Positions 43,910 to 61,252 of a stretch of 64,000 nucleotides of DNA are shown piece by piece (position 1 is the stretch's first letter; each line of letters opens with the position of its first letter). The notes beneath the pieces are model-generated. The model was not told the origin of the DNA, did not search any database, and saw only the letters and a list, made by a program, of their open reading frames with translations. Origin of the DNA: the human T2T-CHM13v2.0 reference genome, Homo sapiens. The stretch lies in assembly GCF_009914755.1 (NCBI RefSeq), contig NC_060927.1; one strand, given 5' to 3'. Position numbers and translations under genes: made by a program.

Positions 43910-44939
43910 CTCTTGGGGATCCCTGGTAGCAGGGAAGAAACAGAGGATGAGGCAGAATGATCTTGCAGCCTTGGTGGAGGCTCAGGAGCTCTCCAAGAGC
44001 TTGTGTGGTCCTAAGAATACAATGTTGCTGGTCTTTCCTTTTGTCTCTTTGATGTGTGAATACTGTCATACAATCATTGCATTAATTACCATTGATTGAA
44101 TAATAAAGCGGCTCTCCAACCTTTCTGGTTCAAGGTTTAAGTAAATGAAAATTCAATTCATTAACAATTGCTAGCAGACTTTTAGGAACTTTACGAAGAG
44201 AAATTAGTGTTTTAATTAGGGAAAGATTACAATAATATTGGGCATTCTCAAACACAGTTCAGCAGAGATAGTAAACTCACAGATTGGGAAATAAATGTTT
44301 AGGAAGACAATAACTTCTTTTCGTACCACTATGGTGAATGAGATTTTATTTTGCTAGCTTTTAAACTCCAAATTGCCTATAGATGCAATGGTTTATTTCA
44401 GAAAGGAGAGGAACTTGGGGTTCTAAGGCAAGGTGGAGTTTTGGAAACTATTAGTGCATATTTTTAAATGTCCTTTGAAATAGTTTTGATGACAGTGACA
44501 AAAGGGGGAACAAGCATGTTAAAGTCATTTGGCTACTCTTGAAATCAAGACTGTGAAGAAAACCTTTTCTAGCTGTAAATCACATGCTTGTCCTACATTC
44601 TTTAAAGCATTTTACACAAATGACTTTAACAGTTTTAGGGGTCATGCCTGGGGTTAAGAGACTATTTGCATGGTATACGTTTTGGTGATTAAAAAGCAAT
44701 ACTTTATTGAGATGGTAGCACCTCTGTTCACACTCTGTACTGTGAAACATTTTATTTTTACCTAATGAGGAAGGATTGTTCCCTAAGTCAATGTTGTACC
44801 AAGTGTATACTTGTTGATTTTATGTTGCATGGGTGTGGAATATTAAAAAGCTTTACTACTTGTAATAGTAACAAAAAAAAATTTAAAAAGCAACCAAAAC
44901 TATCTATAAAATTATAAAAAGCATTGTAAAGAATAATGA

Positions 44940-45150
44940 TAACTAGTAACATTTTGATGAGTGATTATTGTGCCATGCACTGCTCTAAGCGCTTTTGCGT
45001 GTAATGAATTTCATCTTTAAACCTGACCATATGAAGTAAGAATTGTTATTCTCACTTATGACTATTAGGAAGTAAGGTTCAGAAAGGCTAAGTGAATTGT
45101 TCAAGGTCACGCAACCAGTGTGAATAGTGAGCTGGGGAATAAAACCAGGC
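44940..45150 (-). mobile_element. MIR
   Basis: tgtgccatgcactgctctaagcgctttt...aaggttcagaaaggctaagtgaattgttcaaggtcac. Confidence 0.65.
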
Positions 45151-46217
45151 AGATCACACTCTTAACATCTGCTCCATTGAGCTGTGTACATCAGCCCTTG
45201 AATTTCACAGATACTGCTCAGGATGGGGCAGACATCATTGTTTATGATTTATTTTTAATGAGTCAATTCAAATACAAATATTAAGTAAATACACAACTCT
45301 CTCGTTGGCTGTGTCAAAAATGCTGAAGCTGACAAGAAAAATGGATTTGGAAACCAAAGCCTTCAGCGATTGGTGGATGTATTCGTTTAAATTATACTTA
45401 AGAATTAAATGGGGTCATGCAATGATCGATTTTTATGCCATTCTCTTCTTTTGCTTTAAATTATTGCCAATGTGTTAGCATGTGAGAGACTGCTGTGTTT
45501 ACTTTTTACAGTTACAGAGATGATCAGATAGTTGAGTGATTTGGTATATTATCCATGAATTTGGATTGAACGGTTGGCATTTGGAATGTTAGATAAATAG
45601 TATACAAATTTTCTTCCCTGCTCCTGTTTTTTTTCCTATTTCACAGACTTGTTCATATGCTCACCAGTGTCCCTGTCCCTTTCCCCCTGCTGAGTCCTCT
45701 CCTGTGAAGTGGTCATAACGCTGGTTGTACTGTGAAGTGAAGGATGCATTGTGTGCACGTTTAAATGCAGCACTGGATGGCAGGATCTGCCTTTTACCAA
45801 ATAAAGTGTTGTATTTCTCTTGGTTTTTGTTCCAGCTGAGCAATTTTCATTGCCGACAGCACAACATACATTAGGATAAAGCAAATAAACAATGCAAGGC
45901 ACTTGGAGCCAGGAAGTCGCATCTCAGACTAGAAACACATAGTTTTCTATTGACATTTGGGAGGTGGGCTGCTAAATAGGCGAGCCAGCCACCAAATAGA
46001 AAACCAGTGGCCATGAGGTTCTTGCACTTCTAGGGAAGCCATTTATTTAATCGTTAGATCTTTGAAAGGTGTCTGAAGTTGATTTTGATGTAACAACAGC
46101 CAGTTTCTTTGTAATTAAATATTAACTCAAAACTATGTCTTGGGTAACTGTTAACCTTTGCCATTTGTTGTTTGCCTTAGACATGTAATTAACATTCATT
46201 GAATTTAATTTGTTGTT

Positions 46218-46998
<781 letters not shown>

Positions 46999-47113
46999 CT
47001 GAATTTCCTATTTTGAAACAAATTTCTTGTTAATTTAATACTTTACTTTGAAATAATCCATGTAAATTTGGCATACATATTTTTAATAGTTCCTTATTTT
47101 AAAATATGATCTA

Positions 47114-47432
<319 letters not shown>

Positions 47433-47960
47433 TTATTCAGTTGGTTTGGAATAATTTAAGGATTTCTTCTATTTCAAATTATGGCATATTACAGTAATTT
47501 ATTAAAAATAATCTAACTGAAAATCATAAATGCAAAGTCTATAGGAGCTTTCTAAACCAGAATAAAAAATAATTTTATAATTGATTTGTTTAAATATTGA
47601 TTAATTATGCATTCTTTTAAAGGCCAAATAAAAAGAAAGAAACTTTTTGCCCCACTCTGTTACACTACTACTAACTGAGCAATCTTGGTTTATGGAACTT
47701 GAGGTTTTGGGAATCATTAAATATTTATAAAGATACTTATAGTTTTGGGTTTTTTGTTTGTTTTCTTTGAGTTGTATAGCTGGAGAATTCCTTTTCATTC
47801 ATGGTTTCAGGTTTAGCTTTAAGGCAATATATACCAACTTTTGAAGAGCAAATTGTCAAAGTCATTAATTATCTTCAGTTTGGATAGTACATTGAAAACA
47901 TTAATTATTTTGAATAATGTATGTTTCTTCAGCTATTAACATCTGACTCGTCTGTTTTAG

Positions 47961-48037
47961 GACCTGCTGAAGTTCCCATGATGTCACCCAATGGATCCAT
48001 TCCTCCCATTCATGTGCCTCCAGGTTATATCTCACAG
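47961..48037 (+). CDS. FNDC3B: FNDC3B internal coding exon (recalled as exon 4), 77 nt, phase 1 in / phase 0 out
   Basis: Acceptor tctgttttag|GA at 47960/47961 and donor CAG|gtaatc at 48037/48038. Translates (G)PAEVPMMSPNGSIPPIHVPPGYISQ, which I recognise from the FNDC3B N-terminus (...TLQCIQ-GPAEVPMMSPNGSIPPIHVPPGYISQ-VIEDS...). Confidence 0.96.
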
Positions 48038-50172
48038 GTAATCCATTTGATGGACTTCTCTACTCACTATGGACACTGTCGTTGCTCCAACAGAATATAT
48101 GTTGAGGCTTCAAAGCCATATTCCAGGAGTTAATTTGGGTACCGTAGTGCTAGGTTTGCCATCATTTTGTGGCACCACATGGCGTTTCTTGTGTCTTGCC
48201 ACTTGACGTACCAGAGAACCAGAGAAAAGGAGACACAGAAGGCCTACTAGACTGTCCTCTGCCAAGTGGGGTTTTTATATTTGATTGTTTGGTTGTGATT
48301 TCTTTATGGAGTCTCCTGCTTCAGACATTTCCTTCCACCTGTAATACAACTTTCTGGAAGAAAATTCATAGATGTAGTTAGTTAACATATTAAAGGAGAC
48401 ATAGCTCACATAAACAGGGCCTACCTTCTGTTACAGAAGGGAAAAAATGGAGTTCAATTGCTCCACAATGTGGCAAAACCTAGGCTTGGTGAGTTATTGA
48501 GTATGATGTGAGAACTTGGCTGTTTGCACTTAAATTTCTCTGAGCTTTGGTTTTCTAAGTAAAATGATGGTAATAGCAATCTCAGAGATCTGTGGGAAGG
48601 GTAGAAAAGCTTTAAAGGATGAAGTTATGTTCCTGTACGTGAATAAAGTATAAAATGTTCTGCATGGCTGGAACATTGTGGACATCTGTATATACTTTAG
48701 TTTTTGTCCTAGCCTCAGCACAATATGCAAATCTTCTGTTTCTGCATAGCTACCTTTCCAAATACCTAACAAACTGTTTTTCTGTCTTTCTGCCTTTTTT
48801 GTTCTTCCTACTTACCATAAAAGGAAAAATATTTACCATTTTACTATCCAGAGATGATAATCACTCTGCTAACATGTTTTTGATTATATCCTTCCAGATG
48901 GATTTTTCTTTTCTCTACTCTTTCTCTGTCTCTCAGCCTCTGCTTTTAAAGTGGTTTAAAATATGTAATTTTCAGTTTTTAATGATTCTGCTAGGGCGAA
49001 AAATTGGCAGCTACATAGGAAAGTTGCTGAAGCGGAGGCAGGAATCAAAGATTTATCCTTCTCTGATATAAAAACTTACCCATTTTTTCAAGTGTAAGGC
49101 ATATTGCAGCCACTATAATTTCATTTTTTTCCATCCTTTTTTTTATGTGAGCCAATTGGACTTTATTTATTTCTTACTGAGTTACTTACTTACTTACTTA
49201 CTTACATAGCCAGATTGCTGGCCAGTTTTCCTGCTGTTGCAAATAAATGACTTACTTTACACAAGTCTTTGTAAGTAAGAATCACTGGAGGGAGAAAGGG
49301 GTGTAGAACAGGCTCTTCCAGCAGGGACACCAGATGATGGATCACATTCACATCAGCCGTCAGTTAACAGAAAAGAACAAGGAATGTAGAATTCCATTAT
49401 GTCTCCTGCTCATGTATTTTGAGGAAGCATTTCATTCCATTGAATAGAGTACAGTTCTCACCATTGTGACACAAAAATAACACCTCCTTTTATGCTAAAG
49501 GTCCATTTAAGAAATACCAGTTAAAAATTGAACATTTCTAACGGAGAGAAGCTTCAGTGTGCTTTTTCTTACTAGTATTATTGCTGTGATTACATTAAAT
49601 GCAAAAATATTTATTGCATGTACTAGGAAAAGTGGAGAATTTTTGACTTGGATATAGTTCGGATTCTGGAAAACTTCTGTAGAAAATCCAAATAGAGTAA
49701 AAGTAGAGCTGTACACTCGCTTGTATGAAACTGATGATGGAAGCATGTTGATGCTCTTTCCCGGCTGACAGGTATGGCAGAATATGCTAGACAATATTGG
49801 AAGAATAGTTAAAATGGAATAATTTGAATTGAAAAAGGGAAAGAAGCAGTCTGTAAGGCATGTGAATGACTAACTTCATTTCAATTGGGCTCCTTGACCA
49901 GAAGATGGGTGCAAAGTTAAATGACCTTCCGTGATAGTATTATGTCTTTTATGACACGTTACAGTAGAGTATCTGAAAAAGATTGTTAATATGAAGAAAA
50001 TAGAATTGAGAAGCCAACAGGATGTGTACACAACATCTTCTTTAACGCTGGCAGTACACACACTTCAATGAAATGAGGAAGGCCGAACCAAATATAAAAT
50101 GTCTTAGTTGTCTTGTTATCACCAAGAGATAGGAGCAAGATACATTGTTGTCATGCAGTTGTAGAAAGAAAG

Positions 50173-50174
<2 letters not shown>

Positions 50175-50217
<43 letters not shown>
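50175..50217. repeat. (CA)~21 microsatellite
   Basis: Pure CA run. Confidence 0.97.
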
Positions 50218-50221
<4 letters not shown>

Positions 50222-50329
50222 CTCCTGCAGCAGGCTGGACATATGTGAGAAGTGCTCAGTACTAATCTGTCCCTCTGCTAGTTAGTTCTGTACAGTTATC
50301 CCCACAGTCCTCTTCCTAAAGTAGACATT

Positions 50330-50800
50330 ACTTTCTTGTTCAGGTCTAGAGTTGGTTGCCTTCGCATGTAGTTAAAGTTCTGTAGCATGGTGTATAATAT
50401 CCATAACACTCAACCCTGCTTACCTCTCAAGAGGCACCTTTACCTGTCACCCCACAGTCTATGTGTTAAATTTCTGTTCCCTAGATACCTTGGGCCTCTT
50501 TCTAAATACACACTTTCATGTCCATTATTTCCCCCTGTCTGGAATACTCTAGAGCCTTTCATTGACAATTCACTTGTTCTTTTTGGTGCCCCTCCTCAAT
50601 GTGACCCTTTTAGAACCTTCATCACAGAAATAGTTGTTCTGTTTTTTCAGCATCTGTGATTCTTTCCCTCCCTGTCATAGAATAAAATGTGTATTTATAG
50701 TCATCACCAAGAACTCATATTGCCTCGTGGGGATTGTATCTCAGCATCTAGAATACTGCGTGGCACAAAGTAGGTACTTGCTAAATGTTTCTAAATATAA
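50330..50800 (+). mobile_element. L2 3' fragment
   Basis: tctggaatactct...tatctcagcatctagaatactgcgtggcacaaagtaggtact...aaatgttt. Boundaries approximate. Confidence 0.55.
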
Positions 50801-50964
50801 ATGATTGTCCAAGCTTAAGTAAGTACAGGAGAGATTCATATATATTCTTAAATGATTTGCATGTTTAAAGAGAATAATATAATGCTCAATAGATGGAAAA
50901 TAACAATGAGACTGATCTATACCTGCAAAGAATGAAATGTTCTGAATGTGTATTTAAAAGAGAG

Positions 50965-52545
<1,581 letters not shown>

Positions 52546-52747
52546 AAAAGAAGGGGCAAGGGGAAGACAGTGACACGTCCCAGTTATGAATTGGGAAACA
52601 ATGGGGCAGCTGGGAAAATGGCCCCACTTTGGAGTTATTGGTGGTGGTGATGGTGATGGTAACTACTATGAATGTTGTGCACTGTGCTAAATGGTTTATT
52701 TTTATGTCTAGTTTTCACTGTCCCGTCTTTACATATGAGGATGCTGA

Positions 52748-53263
<516 letters not shown>

Positions 53264-53370
53264 GGTATGGTCTTTAATTGTAAGAAAATTGAAGAGGGAG
53301 GCAAGTAAATCAAGATTTTATGGTAATAACTCTAATCTGATTGAATAGAGAAGTTCTTGATTATAGCAGA
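53264..53370 (+). repeat. 107-bp dispersed direct duplication, copy B (probable source)
   Basis: Begins with the TSD of the adjacent Alu. Confidence 0.95.
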
Positions 53371-56300
53371 TTTGTTGTATAATTAAATAGCCGAAAGTCC
53401 TTTAAAGATAAATTAATAAAATTGGTCAAATCTGACAAAATGCAAATGTCAGTAATAAGCAGATAATAAACTCCTGAAGTTTAACAGACAGCTGTGGAGG
53501 TGCAATCAACAGCATGAGCTTTGTTTTCTTAGGTTGAGAAGGGCTGAATTGGTGGACCTTACAGATAACTGTGGACTTAGGGTGCAAAAACAGTGGAATC
53601 CTGTCATTTCAGCTTGGTGGTTTCTCTGATATAGTAGGTTGGGGGATGTGGTGTGTTTTGTGCCTTATTTTTTAGTGGGATGAGAGGTAGAGGGATTCTT
53701 TTCAACTTGAGAGAAAATATAGACCTTTTTTTAAACTATGAGAAAGTGGATTTAGGTAAGTGGGAATTTAATCTTATCACAGTCATCATCTCCATTATGT
53801 AAAAGCACTTGTGAGTGTGATTAGAGTTGAAACTGAAGGAGAACATGGACGTTACCTGGAGAGGCCTTTCTTCAGATTCCATCTTGGCTACTTTCTGTGT
53901 AACTTTGATAAATTATTTCACCACATATGTGAACACCTACTTGACGTGGTAGAGGTGAGAATTAGGAGAAATGTTATGTGAGGTGTGGCACTCAGTAAGT
54001 AGTAGCTACTACAATGAAAAAGACTGTTACAACAGTTCCAATGGAAGTTTGGCAGAGCTTGCCCTCCTAAATACATATTGAAATCACATGGTGTGAAGGA
54101 AAATTTTCCTTCCATTGTATACTGGCCATGGCTCTCTGTTTTTTAACCTCACCATTAACTTTCTGAATAATTTATATGTAAAAATTTCTTAAGCAGATGC
54201 TTTGAGTTTTATTTTCCATGCTTCCATAGTAATTTATGATACATTTGCTCAAATGTTATAGGGAAAACTTCATATTGACCCAAGGATTTAAAAAGCATAT
54301 GAAGAGAAAAAGTGAAACCTCCAAGTTAATGTTCTATCATTTGGGAAACCACTCTTCTTTTTCCAGATTAACTGTTGTAATCCCAAAAGTTAGTAGTCAA
54401 AATAAATATTTTTGTTGTGAGAGCAGAAACAACAAAAATACCGCATTGGATTGTTTTGGGGATTAATTAATGGGTCAGTACCTGTTGAAATTATATATAT
54501 TTCATTTCCCTTAGCCAGGGAAAGACAAGAAATGTATTGAAAAATATATTTGAATTTTGGTTTGGTTGGTCATTTGCCAATGATGAGTGGAGAGCTGGCC
54601 AGAAAGCAGACACCTCTGTGGAGAAACAGTGGGGCCTGTTAGGTGGAAGCTATGCAATGCTTTCCCCCCATTTCGCTTAGCCAAGCCAGCTGAGCTATAG
54701 ACATTAGCCTCAACTGCTTCCCTTTGGTAATTACAGCTGGGGATTAAACCACTGCTTTGTTTCACCTTCAACGTTGTGAAAATGATAACAGAAAGGCACA
54801 TGGGGGACTGCCCTATGCCCTGAGAAACTGAGATTCAGACCCATTTGGTGGCCAATAAGGAGAATTGGATTCTCTTTCAACACTCTTGGTCCTTCAGAGG
54901 AACTGATTTCTCTATAGGAAGTTAGGGAATTGTTCCATAGTGTACATTGTGTGCATGGGGGTTGGTATTGTGTTCCATGGAAAACAGCATAGTACTTAGA
55001 TATTTCGTTTCAATTATCAATGGATTTGAAGCAATTTTATTTTTTATCTTGTGGCTTATTTTGTCCAAGGAGCAATTACAGACAGGGTTGGCAATGCTAA
55101 ATTAAAGAAATGTACCAAGGACATCCCCTCCCCTCAAAGTATTGTGCAGTTTCGTCTTTCTGAGCCTTCTCCCTGTTCTGCATTTTCTCTTTGATTTCTT
55201 TCCTTTGTTTCTGTGATCCCGGCATCGTGACATAATAGAACATGGGATTAGTGGGAGGAAACGAGGGCCCAAGCGAGGCTCTACATCCAACTCTCTGTGT
55301 GATTTTAGGAATATTAAGTGATTTATTTGGGTGTGTCACTTGTTTACTTGATCATTGTCTGTCTTCCTTTTAGCATTTAAGTCCACAAAGGCAGGGACCT
55401 TGTGTGTCCTGTTCAGTCCTGTTCATCACTTGATCTCTAGTTCCTTGAAAGGTACCCAGCACATAATAGGCATTTATCAAAATTTGGCTATCTGGCTGGA
55501 GTGATTTTTATCTCATGGAGGGAAGCGGAGAGAGGAAAGTGTTTCAGGATCTCTGGGGTTCTTTTCTAATCTAAAATTAGATTATTCTCCTCTGTTCATA
55601 TTATTCCTTAACAGGGTATCAAATGAGACTATACGTAAGTTTCCAAAAGCAGTCATTACCAAAGCAGTGTGGCACACTTATTGACATTTAGCATTTTATT
55701 GACTAGAATGCTAGTTTTCACCTCTATACAAAAATGATAATTGATTTTCATAGTAGGATTGACACAGTATCACATCCAGAAATGACTTCGGAATCATTAG
55801 TGTTAAATTTGCCCTTTCTATTACATTTTATTTAATTGCACAATTATTATAATCTATCTTTCTAAACTAGTAAGTCATATTTGTCATATGTAATAACTTT
55901 TTTAAGAAAAATACCTTTTTCTGACCTGTTGGGTAGCAAAACTTTACCAAGGTTAGATGAATTTTATATTTCTACACATTCTTTGAAACCCATTAGGTTC
56001 ACAAAATTAGAATTATATAATATGGTTATTTTAATCTGTGATAGGTGTTACCTGAATATCTTCAGAATGGGTTCTTAATTCTTTATTGTACCAAGGAACC
56101 CACTGACAGACTGGGGAAGCCTTTTTTAAAGGAAAATATAAAATTCATAGGTACAAAGGAGACCAGTTTTTTCAAAACTGGTCAAATTTTTTTAAAAGGT
56201 GATACGGTAAGTTTTGTGCTGGTTTATTTGCACATCAATAACATCTAGCATCAGATCTAGTAACTACAATAATTTTGAAGTTGTGATTATTATAAAGATT

Positions 56301-58408
56301 AATATTTCTATAACACTGTAATATGACATGGAAATGTCACATTTTGTTAGTAACCAAGTCAAAGGTACTGCTAATACTACTATGATTTGCTGCCTACATT
56401 TATAAATCAGGGAAATACAAAATTTCAGTTGGATGTTAGTGAATAATAAAGATGTAATTTCTAACTGAGATCATGGTCCCCTGAATTCTGTTCATCTTAT
56501 TTTGGGGGGATTAGGGTTTGTGTACCTGGTTAAGGCTCTTGCCCCTTTTGGTGAGTAATAGTATGTTTGAAACTTAGAACCATAGCTCTGTTACTGGGAA
56601 GGGTCCAGACTGATTTCTTGATACCTCATGTCTAATCTCATAATCTGAGTGGGATAGTACAGTAGTAGAAAGAGCAGGGGTCAGAGTATTCCAAACATGG
56701 GCTCTACCCTGTACAGCTACAAGTTGAGTAACCATGAAAAATATTCTAACTTCAGACTTTGCCTTCATTTCTGGAAAGGTATAGCTGTATCCTTCCCTGC
56801 AGAGATTGTCTGGGCTGTCTCACAGGTGTGAAAGTCTTGAATGGTAACATGTTCTGTTTAAATGTAAGGAATTATTTTATGTTGATGAATATGCCAGTTG
56901 CCTGTTGGGTTAAGTCTGGAAGACCCTGTTCTGTGTATTGGCATCACTGGAATAATCTATCTGTGTTTCCATGGACCTGAGTGTGCCTGAGAAGCTGGGC
57001 TGAAAAGATGTGACTGGCCTTCCCTTCTGTGATGGGTAATGGACAGGTACTGCAGATGCCCACTGCTGATAGCTTTATTCACATCTCAGAAGCAGCTCAA
57101 CTGGGCACAAATAAAGCCATCAAATGTCTACTTACTGTTTGTCACCTAACAGAAAGCCTGTCCCCTAAAATAGCATTTCTGTTTAATCTGAAATAATTAT
57201 TTGATCCATTTTAGTATCGATTGAAACTCTTGGGATGGAACTTTTTTCACTTGTCCAGTGTTCTTATGTGCCACACATTTGTTTGCAGGATTAGATTTGA
57301 TTTTTGATTTTTGATTTTTGAATTTGGTTCTTTTTGGTATTTAGGTCAGTAATATACAATCAAGTGTGAAAGAAGTGGAGTGGTATTTCCAGTGAGAGTA
57401 TCTGGGTATGAATCTTGTCACCCGTTTAGCCCACCTTAGGTTAATTTACTTAATCATAGCTGAAGATTCCTCAGCTAGAATTTAGGACTGTGATGCTGCT
57501 TATGTTAGATCTTCTGAGTTTTATGCAAGTCAAGGTCTGTGCCAAGTGTTTTATAAACTATTAAGTGATATACAAATTGTAGGAGTTGCTGTTGTCACTT
57601 CGATTCTTATATATTAAGTTAATCAATTGCTGTTTTGCTTTCAGCATCAGTCCCCAGTGCTGTGTTTTTTTGGACCCCTACTTTGAGATGAGGCCTCGTG
57701 GTTCTCTGCAGTATCTGGAGAAGCTTAGCCCTCTAACCAGGGAGGGGTTCCTCTTTGCCCATGGGATTCTCTATCTGGGGACAACTCTGGGCTATAGTAA
57801 AGTGGAGCTGTAGCTAGCTAACTGAGGGCTCATCCTGGGGTCTCCAGTTCATAAGATGTGTCTCTTGACCTTGCTGGACTTCCTTCTTAATTTGGAAAGT
57901 CTTTATTACATAATTCACTGAAGTAGTTGGATCAGAGAGGTACCACAGAGATCTGTATTTGTTTCCATTCTCCTGTCCAACCCTCAGGGGTTACTGTCAT
58001 TGGACAGTAGCACCTGGAAAGAGCTAGGTGTTCTGGTAAAGTACTCACAGTTGATTTCATTTATATATGACTTAGCTGTGCTCCTTTGCCAGATTTAAGA
58101 CTTAAATAAGTGTGAATAGAAGCTTGGCTTTATTTCTGAGTGTATAAAAGTGTTGGCATGTACAAAGCCAGTGGAAGGATTGCCGTTTTTGAGAGTGTCT
58201 TCTTATACTGATCACCTCTGAAATAAAGCCTGTCGGTAAGATTCATGCCCAGAAATGCTGAAGACAAGCACCAGTACCTTCAGTACCTTCAGCTGTGATT
58301 CTCCTGAACAGCAACACTTGATTTGTTAACTGGAGCTAACCCTTCTCCCCTCAGTCTGTACCTTACCTATTGCCTGCAGTTGGTGTGTGGGTTAAAAATT
58401 AAGCACCA

Positions 58409-58688
58409 GCTGGGCAGTGTGTGCCTTACAGGCCGGAGGATTGCTTGAGCCCAGGAGTATTGGGCTGTATCACACTATGCTGACAGGGTGGTCGCACTAA
58501 GTTCAGCATTAATGGGGTGACCTCCTGAGAGCTGGGGACCACCAGGTTGCCTAAGGAGGGGTGAATTGGCCCAGGTCAGAAATGTAGCAGGTCAAAACTC
58601 CTATGCTGATCAGTACTGGGAACATGCCCATGAATAGCCATCACACTCCAGCCTGGGCAACACAGTGAGACCCTATCTCTTAAAAAAG
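58409..58688 (+). pseudogene. 7SL (SRP) RNA retrocopy (RN7SL pseudogene)
   Basis: Contains the S domain absent from Alus (gcactaagttcagcattaatggggtgacctcc...ggttgcctaaggaggggtgaa...gagcaggtcaaaactcc-like). Short A tail; ~15-bp TSD aaaaat(t/a)aagcacca at 58394-58408 and 58689-58703; deletion in the 5' Alu domain. Confidence 0.93.
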
Positions 58689-59253
58689 AAAAATAAAGCA
58701 CCAATGGGATGGGAAATTTCAGATTTCTAGACATAAATGAGAGTGCTCATAAAAACTCTGGGGACTTTTTGTTCATGAATTAACTGATTAGCGAAAACCT
58801 TCATTTTGATCACCTATAAAACAGACAAAATTAGGTGTTTAGACTTAATCACTGGCAAGAACTGTTTGAGACAGACAATTGTAGTTTTCAAGGAACTTCT
58901 TCTTTTTCCTGATTCAGAAGAGGATATCTGTTATCAAGCTGTAAGTACTCTGCAGGATAATCTTTTTTTGTTATTATTTAAAGGGCTTTTAGAAACATCA
59001 CCAGTCACTTATTTTTCCTTTTGAAGACAACAATAATCATGTTCTGTGGCAAAAGGAGCTGGTCCGAAACCTAGAATGATAATGAAAGTTTGCAAATATC
59101 AAATATTATTTCATCACTATTAGCCATTTACAGATGTGAAGAGAAATGAGCTTGAAAAGTAGTTTGATGTTTTCAACCACACTTTTAATCTTTAGATTTG
59201 AAAACAGAAAAGGAAGTCTGGAGATTAGGGTAATATATTCAATTCTTCCACCA

Positions 59254-59536
59254 TTTTTTAATTTTTGATTTTTATTTTTGAGACAGGATCTTGCTCTGTC
59301 ACCCAGGTGGAGTGCAGTGGCATGACCTCCCTTGCTCAAGTGATCCTCCCACATCATCCTCCCAGGTAGCTGGGATGACAGGACCGTGCCAGCACACCCA
59401 GCAAATTTTTGTATTTTTTATAGAGATAAGGTTTTGCCACGTTGCCCAGTCTGGTCTTGAACTACTGGGTTCAAGCAGTCGCCCGCCTTGGCCTCCTGAA
59501 GTACAGAGATTACAGTCATGAACCACCACAGTCAGC
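59254..59536 (-). mobile_element. AluJ
   Basis: Diverged dimer with deletion. Confidence 0.9.
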
Positions 59537-60924
59537 CCTCTACTGACATTTTTAAGTCAAGTAGCTTAATCTATAAAATAAAATGTTTGACCACTTAGTA
59601 CTATAAAACTCTTTTGTTGCCCTAGAACATTCCTTTATCCTAATTTTTCTTTCTTCTTATGGTACTTGGGTGATGGTGGTGAGAGTTGGCAGCACAAGGG
59701 GGATTGGCTAGGGTGGGTACAGACCTTACGTTTCAAATCTCTACCCTACCTGAAGAACAAGCTTGCCTTTCCTTTTTTATATTATCTACCATATTAGAAA
59801 ATGCAGAGGGAAGAGTTAGTGCAAATTGGGAAAGTGAGTACCGATGCATTTGTACTCCTGATTGGTGAGCAAAATAAAACTGCTCAGCCTCCTATAGGAT
59901 TAAAGTAGAACTTACACTGGAGATGTTTGATCTTTCTGTATAAATGTTTGTGATAAAATCATGCTTATTTAAAATAAGAAGATCAGGAATGATAGATATA
60001 AAATTAACTGGATTCAGATTTTCTGAGATTTTAGAATAGGATGTCAGCTATTTACCAGAGTTATGGAGAAAAGTTTTAATAATGACGTGCTAATATTCTT
60101 GGCAGATACCAAATCTAAGCAGATATAATTAATTTATTTTTATTTTTTTTTATTTTGGCTTGCTTTCTTATTCATTTACTCATTTAACCAACATTTACTG
60201 AAAGTCTTCTGTGTGCCCAGTTGCTTCTGAGGGACTTGCAGCTGGGTGGGAGAGACAGATGTGTAGTCCAAGCTACAGGATAGAGGTGCTGAGTGGAGAG
60301 GGGAGAGGTGAGCACCAGCCTGCTTGGGAGAATCCTGGATTCTGCCTACCCATCCCCTGAGTCCATGCAGCTTGTTTATATTGACCAGCCTTGTTCTTCT
60401 CTTTGTTCATTGTTCGCATGCTCACTTTTATCTGAGACATCTTCTCTTCCTGGAATGACCTGGGATCCCACTTTAGGCATGTTGGCAGCAATAAGAAATT
60501 CAGCCTGAGCCTGACTTTCACAGACTCATTTGGTCCCAGTTTTCTGTGTCCAGGCAACTCACCCAGTGTTTTCTGCCACCCTGGCAAACTGGCTGCCAGC
60601 ACATCACACTACGTATGTTTGTGGGTTCATATGTGTCCACGTGCAGAATCTGCCCATTTCCTGGATCATCCTGGGCCATCTGGGGAAGCCTTTTTAATTT
60701 TTTCTTTTGCCTCCTGCCTTTCAAGCTTCTCTTTTGATTCTTGTGGCTTGTAGTCCAACAAGAGTAGAAGGAAAGAGCTTCAGGAAGTGAGGAGTTTATT
60801 AAAATTCCTTTGAAGCATTTCAATTCAGTAAGAGGAACTATCTTTTCTGTTAGCTAAGACAAAAAAAAAAAAAAAGAAAAAAAGCAAATAACAACAACCC
60901 TCAAAAAAATATAAATGTTTTTAG

Positions 60925-61252
<328 letters not shown>

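Noticed and set aside
47921-48133. 70-aa ORF spanning the exon
   Set aside because: Real exon plus in-frame intron on both sides; canonical splice sites limit the exon to 77 nt.
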